Source of the DNA: Eledone cirrhosa | Taxonomy: Eukaryota | Length of the DNA: 64,000 bases | Direction of reading: 5' to 3' | NCBI GenBank assembly: GCA_964016885.1 | Contig: OZ024740.1 | Location: 435,798,001-435,862,000 of the forward strand | Shown here: in pieces, positions 41,791 through 53,499 of the stretch | Position numbering within the stretch: the stretch's first letter is position 1 | Layout: each line of letters begins with the position of its first letter | Program-made: the position numbers and the translations under genes | Notes under the pieces: generated by a model | The model's database searches: none | Told to the model about the DNA's origin: nothing | Seen by the model: the letters and a program-made list of their open reading frames with translations, nothing else

Positions 41791-41986
41791 CGCGTCCATT
41801 GGCCCGCAAAGTTGGCACAATATGTGAATTACCGTTAACCTCAAGTGAGTTTCTTAATCATTCTTCGTGCAAAACATTTCCATTTTTCCTGTGTTTACTA
41901 TTTCCAGTTTCAAATACAATGAACTCTCTGCTTCAACAATTGCAATTTTTAGTGACCATGTGCTCATGTCACGAAGTACATTATTT

Positions 41987-42166
41987 TGGCAGTATCGGTA
42001 GAGGGTCGGACGCCATGCTTTCCAGCATAGTTACGTCCATTTACGATCTGAGTTCAAATCCCGCCGAGGTTGACTTTGCCTTTCATCGTTACGGGGTCGA
42101 TAAAATAAAGTACCAGTAATGCACTGGGTAATTGCTGGCCTTGTGCCTAAAGTAGAAACAATTATT
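41987..42166 (+). mobile_element. Short tRNA-related SINE inside the gypsy 3' non-coding region
   Basis: Homologous to 16485-16648 and 55047-55207. Confidence 0.85.
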
Positions 42167-42515
42167 TATAATGAACATTATTTATTACAAACACTATTTA
42201 AGAACAAACATTGTGTAGAGCATTGTTTTTTCTTCTCTCTTGTTTTGCAAGCTCAACCCAAATTGCAACAGGCTCATTCATCACGCCTGCATAAATCTTG
42301 TCAAAGGCATTTTATAGTTTTTTTTTTTTTTCTCTTCCTGACACACACATCTTGCCATATCATCTCTACATCGACTCTGTCCTGTACTCGATGATCACAC
42401 AATTTCACAACGTGCTGGACACTCCTGGGGCTATTGTCATGACAAATGCACCACTGGCCCATTACTATACGATATTTCGCACTTTTGTTGTACAAAAGAT
42501 CTGGCATGGGGCTAA

Positions 42516-43016
42516 TGTACAGCCACCGGAAATAACAGCTGTGAAATATACAGCGCCATCTACCTGTTAGCTAGCTACCTCAACGTGAAACAAAAGATCC
42601 CTGAAAACCTACCAGAATAAAAGCCTACACAGCGGGGCTAAACATCAAACGGTTATTTCTGTATAAATAGAGTGGTTCCAAACACTTCCCCAGTCGACAT
42701 TTGGCAGAGTCAACTCGCGTATCATTGTTCCTCGCCTCTGCCACGCTTTGTCACTCACACACGCCTTGTACCTCGTATCGTCGCTTCAGGTGAAAATAAA
42801 TAGCTGATCGAATTTACTTCTCGCCTTGCTTCGTCCTTTCAACTTGTGCTTTCGTCTGTCCATCCTCAACAGTTCTTTTAAGGGCTATATGCGACAACAG
42901 TCCTTTTAAGGGCTATCTTCAGATCTGATCAGACCGTATGCGATAACAGTCCTTCTAAGGGCTATTCTCGGATCTGATCAGAAGTAGTGACCAGACTGAC
43001 TAACCACATCGCTACA
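42516..43016 (+). repeat. 3' LTR
   Basis: Direct repeat of 37890-38390. Confidence 0.96.
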
Positions 43017-43031
43017 CATATATATATATAT

Positions 43032-43640
43032 TTAATATATATATATATATATCTACCTCTTTTTCCCCCCCACCTCTATCTTTCTCTCTCTCTCTGTTTT
43101 CTCTTCATTTTTTATTTCTCTCCGTCTCCTTAACACTATAACTAAATAAGTACAGTACTCCCTCCCTCCTAAATCTCTCAATTTGTATGATGAATTATTA
43201 TTATTCATCTGTTGCCTCAGCTGCATCTCTTTTTTCACCTCCTCACTATTTCTCTCTCCCCTATCTCTCTCTATTTCTCTCTGTTTTTCTTTACATACAT
43301 CTCTTCTTTTTCTCCGTCTTTCTTTTTAACTGTGCTTAACACTAAATATTTATAAACATTTCACTACCAAACCAACTTCTTACATAAAAGTTGATCAATA
43401 TTTATGGTACGTCAAAATTATTTATAAAACTGTTTATATATTGTATTTTATCTGAAGAAGGCATGCCATATTTTTAATATGGTATCCCCGAAATATGTAT
43501 AATGAAATAAATATGGTTTTATAAATATAGTTTCCATTTGTTTAATATCGTATATCTACTCCAAAACTTGTTGAGTGCTTTATATCAGTTATAAAATATT
43601 TACTTGTTGTAACCCAACAATTTTAAATAAAACTTTTGCA
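43032..43640 (+). mobile_element. PLE-type 3' end (CT-rich spacer, pseudo-LTR with hammerhead, tail)
   Basis: Homologous to 44900-45180 and to the 12030 and 21016 elements. Confidence 0.7.
43444..43509 (+). ncRNA. Type I hammerhead ribozyme motif
   Basis: TATTTTAT-CTGAAGA-AGGCATGCCATATT(TTT)AATATGGTATCCCC-GAAA-TATGTA-TA|ATGAAATA. Confidence 0.7.
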
Positions 43641-43873
43641 TATAGATATATATATATATATATATATTTAATATATATATATATATATTTAATATATATA
43701 TATATATATTTAATATATATATATATATATTTAATATATATATATATATATATTCAAAATATATATATATATATATTCAAAATATATATATATATATATT
43801 TAATATATATATATATATATATATATTTAATATATATATATATATATATTTAAAATATATATATATATATATA

Positions 43874-43908
<35 letters not shown>

Positions 43909-43946
43909 ATATATATATATATCTATATTTAATATATATATATATC

Positions 43947-44000
<54 letters not shown>

Positions 44001-44010
44001 TTAATATATA

Positions 44011-44169
44011 TCATCATCATCATCATCATCAACGTTTAACGTCCATGTTCCATGCTTGCATGGGTTTGGACGGGAGTTTTCCCACTTGAGGCAACAGTGG
44101 TTGTCTTGCTCGCATAGGACTGTCTGGCGGGTTTTCTACAGCTGGATGCCCTTCCTAACACCAACCACA
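44011..44169 (-). mobile_element. RTE subfamily A extreme 3' fragment
   Basis: (GAT)n tail plus 3' UTR. Confidence 0.88.
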
Positions 44170-44232
44170 TATATATATATATATATATATATACAATATT
44201 AAATAAATGGAAACTATATTTATAAAACCATA

Positions 44233-44298
44233 TTTATTTCATTATATATATTTCAGGGATATCATATTAACAATATGCTATGCCTTCCTCAGACAAAA
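44233..44298 (-). ncRNA. Type I hammerhead motif (inverted copy)
   Basis: Reverse complement of 44984-45049. Confidence 0.65.
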
Positions 44299-44983
44299 TA
44301 CAATATAAACAGTTTTATAGATAAATAGATTCGACATACCGTAACAACATCGACTTGTATTTGAAAAGGTTGATTTGTTTGTAGCTATCACATAAACATA
44401 TGAATTTTTTTAAAAAAACTAAACATAAGATCATTAATTTTCACACATTATGGATACTTGTCTCATTCAGGAATACTGATATTTACAATATAGTGGCTGG
44501 TTTTTATAAATACTAATACCTCTACATTAAAACATAGGGTTTTTACGCCTCGCCTATATCTGGTTATTTTTACATTTTTTTCTCTCTCTATATTTTTTCT
44601 CTCTCTATATATCTCCCTTACATTAATACTAGAGCTAAATAAATAAATAAATGTATCATTGATACGTTTACTCAACAGACGTCCCACTACCTAATTTTCT
44701 ATATATATGTATCTATCTCTATTTCCTCTCTCTCTATATATATATATATCTTTCTGTTTCTTTACATGAAGTTCTTCTCTTTATCTATCTTTCCATCTCT
44801 CTATTTTGTTCCATGCATTTCTTCTTTTTCTTCTTTTTCTTCGTTTTCTGTCTTTCTTTCTTTTTTTTCTCTCTTTCTTTCTCTCTGTGTACAATTTTTT
44901 CACTGCCAAATCAACCTTTTCAAATACAAGTCGATGTTGTTACGGTATGTCGAATCTATTTATCTATAAAACTGTTTATATTG

Positions 44984-45049
44984 TATTTTGTCTGAGGAAG
45001 GCATAGCATATTGTTAATATGATATCCCTGAAATATATATAATGAAATA
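44984..45049 (+). ncRNA. Type I hammerhead ribozyme motif
   Basis: TATTTTGT-CTGAGGA-AGGCATAGCATATT(GTT)AATATGATATCCCT-GAAA-TATATA-TA|ATGAAATA. Confidence 0.65.
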
Positions 45050-45178
45050 AATATGGTTTTATAAATATAGTTTCCATTTATTTAATATTGTAAATATACT
45101 CCAAATATTTGTCGAGTGCTTTTATATCAGTTATAAATATTTACTAGTTGTAACCCAACAATTTAAATATAACTTTCC

Positions 45179-45211
<33 letters not shown>

Positions 45212-45218
<7 letters not shown>

Positions 45219-46869
45219 ATTCCAAAGCATATTACTTGATGCTTTCGACAGTAAGGAAGAGCAAATAGAGTCGTACAAGGTAGAGGAACAGTGGGAATTC
45301 CTGAAAGCAAACCTGCTGACGGCGACAGACGAAGTCTGTGGCTGGAGCAGGCCTGTAGGCAGGAGGAGAGTAACATGGTGGTGGAACAGTAAGGTGGAGG
45401 GGTCAATTAAGGCCAAAAAGCAGGCTTGGAAAGTATGGCGGGATGGGGGAAGCAGAGAAGACTATCAAGTGGCCAGGAGGGAAGCTAGGAGACAAGTGTA
45501 CTTCGCAAGAAGGGAAGCAGAGGAAAGAAAGTTCAAGCATGTTCTACAACGTGAGGACCAAAAACGTGGGGTGTTCAGGATTGCTAGGCAATGTGTCAAG
45601 GAAAACAGTGATATTGTCGGGGAGAAGTGTGTACTTAACGATGATGGCGTACTTTAGTCTTAGCCAGGTTAATTTTAAGGCCTTTTGATTCTAGCCCGTG
45701 CTTCCATGTTTGGAATTTCTTCTCTAGCTCGGCCATTGATTCAGCTATGAGCGTTAGATCATCTGTGTATAGGAGTTCCCATGGGCAGCCGGTCTTGAAC
45801 TCCACTGTTATAGCCTGGAGGGCAATAATAAATAGTAGGGGGCTAAGAACAGAGCCCTGATGAACACCAACTTTTACACTAAACTCTTCACTATATTCGT
45901 TGTTAATTCTAACCTTGCTGACTGTTTCTTTATACATGGCTTGTATAGCTCTCACAAGCCATTCATCGACACCTAGTTTTCTAAGAGCCCACCAGATAAT
46001 GGAACGGGGGACTCTGTCGAAGGCCTTCTCCAAGTCGACGAAAGCTAAGTATAGGGGTTTACTTTTAGCTAGGTACTTCTCCTGTAGTTGTCGTACAATG
46101 AAAAGAGCGTCTGTGGTACTTTTTCCTGACACAAACCCGAACTGCATTTCATCTAGATCAATTCGCTCTCTGATTAGTTGCGCTATTACTTTTCCGTGAC
46201 CTTCATGACCTGGTCGATTAATTTAATGCCTCTATAGTTACTCCTATCTAGGGCGTCTCCTTTACCCTTATAACAGTTAACGATAATGCTGCTACGCCAG
46301 TCCTTCGGAACAACCCCATTCTGTATGACTTGGTTGACTATCCGGGTGACCATGGTGTGTCCCACCGTACCAGATGCCTTCAGCATCTCGGCAACTATTT
46401 CCGAAGGCCCAGCCGCCTTGCCTGTCTTCATATCTTTGATTGCCTTACTTATTATACTACCCTTGACTAACACTGCTGGTCCCTCTATTGGGTCGATGTG
46501 GGGGAGACTGTCTTTCTCCCATTTATTCTCCTCATTGAGTAGCCTTTCATAGTGACACTTCCAAGCTACCTTCTTATCGGCGTCGGTGATGGCAAGTACG
46601 CCATCATCGTTAAGTACACACTTCTCCCCGACAATATCACTGTTTTCCTTGACACATTGCCTAGCAATCCTGAACACCTCACGTTTTTGGTCCTCACGTT
46701 GTAGAACATGCTTGAACTTTCTTTCCTCTGCTTCCCTTCTTGCGAAGTACACTTGTCTCCTAGCTTCCCTCCTGGCCACTTGATAGTCTTCTCTGCTTCC
46801 CCCATCCCGCCATACTTTTCAAGCCTGCTTTTTGGCCTTAATTGACCCCTCCACCTTACTGTTCCACCA
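45212..46869. mobile_element. Rearranged internal RTE-A fragment: sense piece 45212-45654 fused to antisense piece 45650-46869; no 3' UTR
   Basis: ORFs 45394-45657(+), 46779-46186(-) and 46147-45635(-); junction microhomology GTACTT. Confidence 0.9.
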
Positions 46870-46881
46870 TATATATAATAT

Positions 46882-46918
<37 letters not shown>

Positions 46919-46919
46919 T

Positions 46920-48629
46920 ACATGAAAGTAACAGAAAGAGTTATAGCACAGCTGATTAGGGACCGGGTGAATATAGACGAGATGCAATTTGGGTTTGTTC
47001 CAGGGAAAGGCACCACTGATGCGCTCTTCCTTGTGAGGCAATTACAGGAAAAGTACCTAGCTAAAAGTAAGCCACTCTACTTGGCATTTGTCGACCTTGA
47101 GAAAGCCTTTGACAGAGTTCCACGTGCAGTAATCTGGTGGGCTCTTAGAAAACTAGGAGTAGATGAATGGCTTGTGAAAGCGGTACAAGCCATGTATAGG
47201 GGAGCAGTCAGCAAAGTTAGGATTGGCAATGAGTATAGCGAGGAATTTAGCGTACAGGTTGGGGTCCACCAGGGCTCTGTTCTTAGCCCTCTCCTGTTCA
47301 TCATAGTCCTGCAGGCAATAACGGAGGAGTTTAAGACCGGATGCCCATGGGAACTCCTGTATGCTGATGACCTCGCACTCATAGCTGAATCTATGGTAGA
47401 ACTAGAGAATAAATTCCAAACCTGGAAGCAGGGACTAGAGAGAAAGGGCCTCAAAGTCAACATGACAAAGACTAAGGTCCTTATAAGTAGACGAGAAAAC
47501 AGAACCCAGATCCCCTCAGGGAAATGGCCTTGCTCAGTATGTAGGAAAGGTGTAGGTAGGAACTCCATTCTTTGCCCCAAATGCAAACAATGGGTACACA
47601 AGAGATGTAGCGGGATCTCAGGAAGCTTAATTAAGAATGTAGGATTCACATGCAGCAGCTGTGCTGAAACAGCAAGCAAACAGCCACAGGAAACAAGTAC
47701 CACCAATCTCTGGGAGGGCCCTGTAGAAACAGTAGACAGCTTCTGCTACCTAGGTGACCGAATTAGCAACGGAGGTGGGTGCTCAGAAAGTACAATAACT
47801 AGGGTAAGAACGGGATGGAAGAAGTTTAGGGAACTACTACCACTGCTAGCTGCAAAAGGCTTCTCCCTCAGAATGAAAGGCAGACTGTATGATGCGTGTA
47901 TCCGAACAGCGATGTTGCATGGTAGTGAGACCTGGGCGCTGAAGGTGGAAGACTTACGTAGATTAGAGAGAAACGAAGCCTGCATGCTCCGATGGATGTG
48001 TAACAGTAATATACGTGAACGACAAAGCATAAATGAATTGAGAGAGAGACTGAGCATAAGAGGAATCAAATGCTGCGTGCAGGAGAGGCGGTTACGCTGG
48101 TATGGACATGTGATGCGTATGAAGGATGACAGCTGCATAAAAAGGTGCAGAGCACTAGAAGTTGATGGAAACCGCGGAGTGGGGAGACCCAAGATGACTT
48201 GGGATGAGGTGATAAAAGCCGACCTTACCCAACTACACCTCTCAAAGTCAATGACACACGACCGTGACTTCTGGCGTCACGCAGTAATACAGGGTACCCG
48301 ACCTCCCATGGGTACATGCTGAAGCATATAAACAATATGCCCCCCCCCCCCCCCCCACCGCAAGGTGGTCGTGGAGGTGCCACGGCAAAAAAGCACCCAG
48401 CCCACACTGTAAAGTGGACGTGTAGGCGCCACGAAAAAGCACCCAGCACTCACTGTAAATGAGGTTGGTGTTAGGAAGGGCATCCAGCTGTAGAAATCAA
48501 GCCAGATCAGTTCCTGTATGAGCAAGGCATGGTCAGCCGACCAGACACTGCCCACAACAGGACAACCCGTCTAACCCATGCTAGCGTGGAAGAACGGACG
48601 TAAAACGGTGATGATGATGATGATGATGA

Positions 48630-48631
<2 letters not shown>
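46920..48631 (+). mobile_element. RTE subfamily B, 5'-truncated, open RT frame
   Basis: MKVTERVIAQ...YADD...RPPMGTC* (46922-48322), 3' UTR and (GAT)n. Confidence 0.96.
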
Positions 48632-48683
<52 letters not shown>

Positions 48684-48686
<3 letters not shown>

Positions 48687-48819
48687 GAAGGAAATGTGGT
48701 AAGGAACCAGGTGGACCATAACGCACCAAAGTACTCAATACTTAGGGTAGTAGAGTGGGTAATAGAATTAGCCGTCGAAACGGCTTGAGCTCAGCCGTCT
48801 GGGTCCTACTCGTTCCTAT
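48684..48819 (-). mobile_element. Small hairpin-plus-tail repeat (copy 4, one arm deleted)
   Basis: The tail is joined directly to a single arm. Confidence 0.75.
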
Positions 48820-48929
48820 ATATATATATATTTAATATATATATATATATCATCATCAACATCATTTTACGTCCACTTTTCCCTGCTTGCAAGATTTAAT
48901 ATATATATATATATATATGTATTTAATAT

Positions 48930-49431
48930 ATTGTTATACTTTGGGAGGGTCATGTTGCCAATAAGAAACACACGCACCAGTTGCTTTCACTTCAATTTAT
49001 TATAATAAATTTATAAATGTAGGAGTTTATAAATTTCCGGTTGGTTGGTTGATTCCACAACCAGATGATTGTTTATATATTGTCAAAGTTCTTTCATCAC
49101 ACATTCTGTGACCTCTTCAGTGACTGGGGATTCTTTTCTTTGTTTTTGTGCCTCTCCTTTATTCTGTCCTACGCCATCTTGTTTTTGTGTGTGTTGTGTG
49201 CTTAGTTTGCGCATGTGTTACATCCGGGTGTCTGTGTGTGTTTATATTTGTTTATTTATTTGTTTATTTACATGTTACTGGTTGGTTGTTTGTTCTATGT
49301 GCGTGTGTGTTTTCATTTTGTCCTTAATTGTAAGTTGTGATGTTGCTGTTCCATTCATGTTTTCTATTTAATTTTGGTTGGAGTTCATTTAGGTTTATTG
49401 CCTCTGTGATTTGTCTAAACATTGCGTCTAT
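48930..49431 (-). mobile_element. Penelope-like element 3' fragment (third family) with a hammerhead-bearing pseudo-LTR
   Basis: Minus strand from ~49429 reads DAMFRQITEAINLNELQPKLNRK/(frameshift)EWN, typical of a PLE GIY-YIG C-terminus; HHR downstream; flanked by (TA)n. Confidence 0.7.
49082..49124 (-). ncRNA. Minimal type I hammerhead motif
   Basis: Minus strand GTCA-CTGAAGA-G-GTCACA(GAATG)TGTGAT-GAAA-GAAC-T-T|TGAC. Confidence 0.65.
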
Positions 49432-49555
49432 TTAATATATATATATGTATTTAATATATATATATATGTATTTAATATATATATATGTATTTAATATATA
49501 TATATATGTATTTAATATATATATAATGTATTTAATATATATATATATATATGTA

Positions 49556-49590
<35 letters not shown>

Positions 49591-49593
<3 letters not shown>

Positions 49594-51396
49594 TCATCAT
49601 CATCATCACCGTTTTACGTCCGTTCTTCCACGCTAGCATGGGTTAGACGGGTTGTCCTGTTGTGTGCAGTGTCTGGTCGGCTGACCATGCCTTGCTCATA
49701 CAGGAACTGATCTGGCTTGATTTCTACAGCTGGATGCCCTTCCTAACACCAACCTCATTTACAGTGAGTGCTGGGTGCTTTTTCGTGGCGCCTACACGTC
49801 CACTTTACAGTGTGGGCTGGGTGCTTTTTTGCCGTGGCACCTCCACGACCACCTTGCGGTGGGGGGGGGGGGCATATTGTTTATATGCTTCAGCATGTAC
49901 CCATGGGAGGTCGGGTACTCTGTATTACTGCGTGACGCCAGAAGTCACGGTCGTGTGTCATTGTCTTTGAGAGGTGTAGTTGGGTAAGGTCGGCTTTTAT
50001 CACCTCATCCCAGGTCATCTTGGGTCTCCCCACTCCGCGGTTTCCATCAACTTCTAGTGCTCTGCACCTTTTTATGCAGCTGTCATCCTTCATACGCATC
50101 ACGTCTTTACCAGCGCAACCGCCTCTCCTGCACACAGCATTTGATTCCTCTTATGCTCAGTCTCTCTCTCAATTCATTTATGCTTTGTCTTTCACGTATA
50201 TTACTGTTACACATCCATCGGAGCATGCAGGCTTCGTTTCTCTCTAATCTACGTAAGTCTTCCACCTTCAGCGCCCAGGTCTCACTACCATGCAACATCG
50301 CTGTTCGGATACACACATCATACAGTCTGCCTTTCATTCTGAGGGAGAAGCCTTTTGCAGCTAGCAGTGGTAGTAGTTCCCTAAACTTCTTCCATCCCGT
50401 TCTTACCCTAGTTATTGTACTTTCTGAACACCCACCTCCGTTGCTAATTCAGTCACCTAGGTAGCAGAAGCTGTCTACTGTTTCTACAGGGCCCTCCCAG
50501 AGATTGGTGGTACTTGTTTCCTGTGGCTGTTTGCTGCTTGCTGTTTCAGCACAGCTGCTGCATGTGAATCCTACATTCTTAATTAAGCTTCCTGAGATCC
50601 CGCTACATCTCTTGTGTACCCATTGTTTGCATTTGAGGCAGAGAATGGAGTTCCTACCTACACCTTTCCTACATACTGAGCAAGGCCATTTCCCTGAGGG
50701 GATCTGGGTTCTGTTTTCTCATCTACTTACAAGGACCTTAGTCTTTGTCATGTTGACTTTGAGACCCTTTCTTTCTAGTCCCTGCTTCCAGGTTTGGAAT
50801 TTATTCTCTAGTTCTACCATAGATTCAGCTATGAGTGCGAGGTCATCAGCATACAGGAGTTCCCATGGGCATCCGGTCTTAAACTCCTCCGTTATTGCCT
50901 GCAGGACTATGATGAACAGGAGAGGGCTAAGAACAGAGCTCTGGTGGACCCCAACCTGTACGCTAAATTCCTCGCTATACTCATTGCTAATCCTAACTTT
51001 GCTGACTGCTCCCCTATACATGGCTTGTACCGCTTTCACAAGCCATTCATCTACTCCTAGTTTTCTAAGAGCCCACCAGATTACTGCACGTGGAACTCTG
51101 TCAAAGGCTTTCTCGAGATCGACAAATGCCAGGTAGAGTGGCTTACTTTTAGCTAGGTACTTTTCCTGTAACTGCCTCACAAGGAAGAGGGCATCAGTGG
51201 TGCCTCTTTCTGGTACAAACCCAAATTGCATCTCGTCTATATTCACCCGGTCCCTAATCAGCTGTGCTATAACTCTTTCTGTTACTTTCATGACCTGGTC
51301 CATCAGCTTTATACCTCTATAGTTTCCTCTATCGAGTGCATCACCTTTACCTTTGTAGCAGTTGACAATGATGCTACTGCACCAATCTTTTGGAAC
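49591..51396 (-). mobile_element. RTE subfamily B, 5'-truncated, with stops and a frameshift
   Basis: ORF pieces 51396-50719, 50337-50107 and ~50105-49890; 3' UTR and (GAT)n. Confidence 0.95.
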
Positions 51397-51621
51397 CTCC
51401 AGAACGCACTGCTGCCCACACCAAGAACATTCAGTGCCGCCTCGGCCGCGTCCGACCAGCTGCCACAAGCTCCAATTGGACAACCGTGCACAAAAAGATA
51501 TATATATATATATATATTAAATATATATATATATATATATATTAAATATATATATATATATATATTTAATATATATATATTTAATATATATATATATATA
51601 TATATTAAATATATATTTATA

Positions 51622-53094
51622 TTGTCATTCTCGATAAAAGCACTGGATATGTAGTCCTGATGATTTCTAACAAGAATGAAACGCGTAGATTACTTCCCTT
51701 GCTTTTATCGAGAATCTAATTGTAATACGTGACGTATTCTATTCTATAGCGATTAGGTCTTCAAAATGTTTATTATAAACATACAGAATATTTTCGAATA
51801 TTCTATGTCTATATTCACATATATATCGCTATTTCAGAGCATTTATTCCAATTTCTAATTTCTGCCGGACCGGCAACCGCTCTTTCAAACCAGTTCCTGT
51901 ACACAGCTAAGTATTCTATAAGTCTCTAGCTGTGTCATTCTCGATAAAAGCACTGGATATGTAGTCCTGATGATTTCTAACAAGAATGAAACGCGTAGAT
52001 TACTTCCCTTGCTTTTATCGAGAATCTAATTGTAATACGTGACGTATTCTATTCTATAGCGATTAGGTCTTCAAAATGTTTATTATAAACATACAGAATA
52101 TTTTCGAATATTCTATGTCTATATTCACATATATATCGCTATTTCAGAGCATTTATTCCAATTTCTAATTTCTGCCGGACCGGCAACCGCTCTTTCAAAC
52201 CAGTTCCTGTACACAGCTAAGTATTCTATAAGTCTCTAGCTGTGTCATTCTCGATAAAAGCACTGGATATGTAGTCCTGATGATTTCTAACAAGAATGAA
52301 ACGCGTAGATTACTTCCCTTGCTTTTATCGAGAATCTAATTGTAATACGTGACGTATTCTATTCTATAGCGATTAGGTCTTCAAAATGTTTATTATAAAC
52401 ATACAGAATATTTTCGAATATTCTATGTCTATATTCACATATATATCGCTATTTCAGAGCATTTATTCCAATTTCTAATTTCTGCCGGACCGGCAACCGC
52501 TCTTTCAAACCAGTTCCTGTACACAGCTAAGTATTCTATAAGTCTCTAGCTGTGTCATTCTCGATAAAAGCACTGGATATGTAGTCCTGATGATTTCTAA
52601 CAAGAATGAAACGCGTAGATTACTTCCCTTGCTTTTATCGAGAATCTAATTGTAATACGTGACGTATTCTATTCTATAGCGATTAGGTCTTCAAAATGTT
52701 TATTATAAACATACAGAATATTTTCGAATATTCTATGTCTATATTCACATATATATCGCTATTTCAGAGCATTTATTCCAATTTCTAATTTCTGCCGGAC
52801 CGGCAACCGCTCTTTCAAACCAGTTCCTGTACACAGCTAAGTATTCTATAAGTCTCTAGCTGTGTCATTCTCGATAAAAGCACTGGATATGTAGTCCTGA
52901 TGATTTCTAACAAGAATGAAACGCGTAGATTACTTCCCTTGCTTTTATCGAGAATCTAATTGTAATACGTGACGTATTCTATTCTATAGCGATTAGGTCT
53001 TCAAAATGTTTATTATAAACATACAGAATATTTTCGAATATTCTATGTCTATATTCACATATATATCGCTATTTCAGAGCATTTATTCCAATTT
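51622..53094 (+). mobile_element. Tandem array of 310-bp hammerhead-containing units (4.75 copies); candidate non-LTR retrozyme
   Basis: TCATTCTCGATAAAAG starts at 51625, 51935, 52245, 52555 and 52865; no differences seen between units; one HHR per unit; no ORF; flanked by (TA)n. Confidence 0.85.
51627..51715 (+). ncRNA. Type I hammerhead ribozyme (unit 1; repeated every 310 bp, cores at 51657, 51967, 52277, 52587, 52897)
   Basis: ATTCTCGATAAAAGCA..GTAGTC-CTGATGA-T-TTCT(AACA)AGAA-T-GAAA-CGCG-TA|GATTAC..TGCTTTTATCGAGAAT; predicted cleavage after GUA at 51687. Confidence 0.82.
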
Positions 53095-53497
53095 ATATAT
53101 ATATATATATATTAAATATATATATATATATATATTAAATATATATATATATATTAAATATATATATATATATATATATTAAATATATATATATATATAT
53201 ATTAAATATATATATATATATATATTAAATATATATATATATATATATTAAATATATATATATATATATTTATTAAATATATATATATATATTTAATATA
53301 TATATATATATATATTTAATATATATATATTTAATATATATATATATATATATATTAAATATATATATATATATATTTAATATATATATATTTAATATAT
53401 ATATATATATATATTTAATATATATATATTTAATATATATATATATATATATTTAATATATATATATATATATATTTAATATATATATATATATATA
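53095..53497. repeat. (TA)n tract punctuated by TTAAA/TTTAA
   Basis: Direct inspection; similar tracts separate most elements between 20.8 and 54.2 kb. Confidence 0.95.
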
Positions 53498-53499
53498 AA

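Larger units (their letters stand above)
37890..43016 (+). mobile_element. Ty3/gypsy LTR retrotransposon, defective (gag largely deleted, pol disrupted)
   Basis: Two 501-bp LTRs TG...CA; PBS; gag knuckle CWYH..FG..KC..PC; protease LVDTGA; [17 protein letters not shown]; RNase H VDAS/TDHKPL/ADALSR; integrase [26 protein letters not shown]. Confidence 0.97.
44194..45180 (+). mobile_element. Non-coding PLE derivative with ~185-bp inverted pseudo-LTRs, each with a hammerhead
   Basis: 44194-44378 is the reverse complement of ~44907-45092; the tail follows; no ORF. Confidence 0.8.

Noticed and set aside
46832-46921. N-terminal extension of the 496-aa ORF (similarly 37871-37933 and 28379-28602)
   Set aside because: Chance read-through across (TA)n and neighbouring elements; not part of the RTE protein
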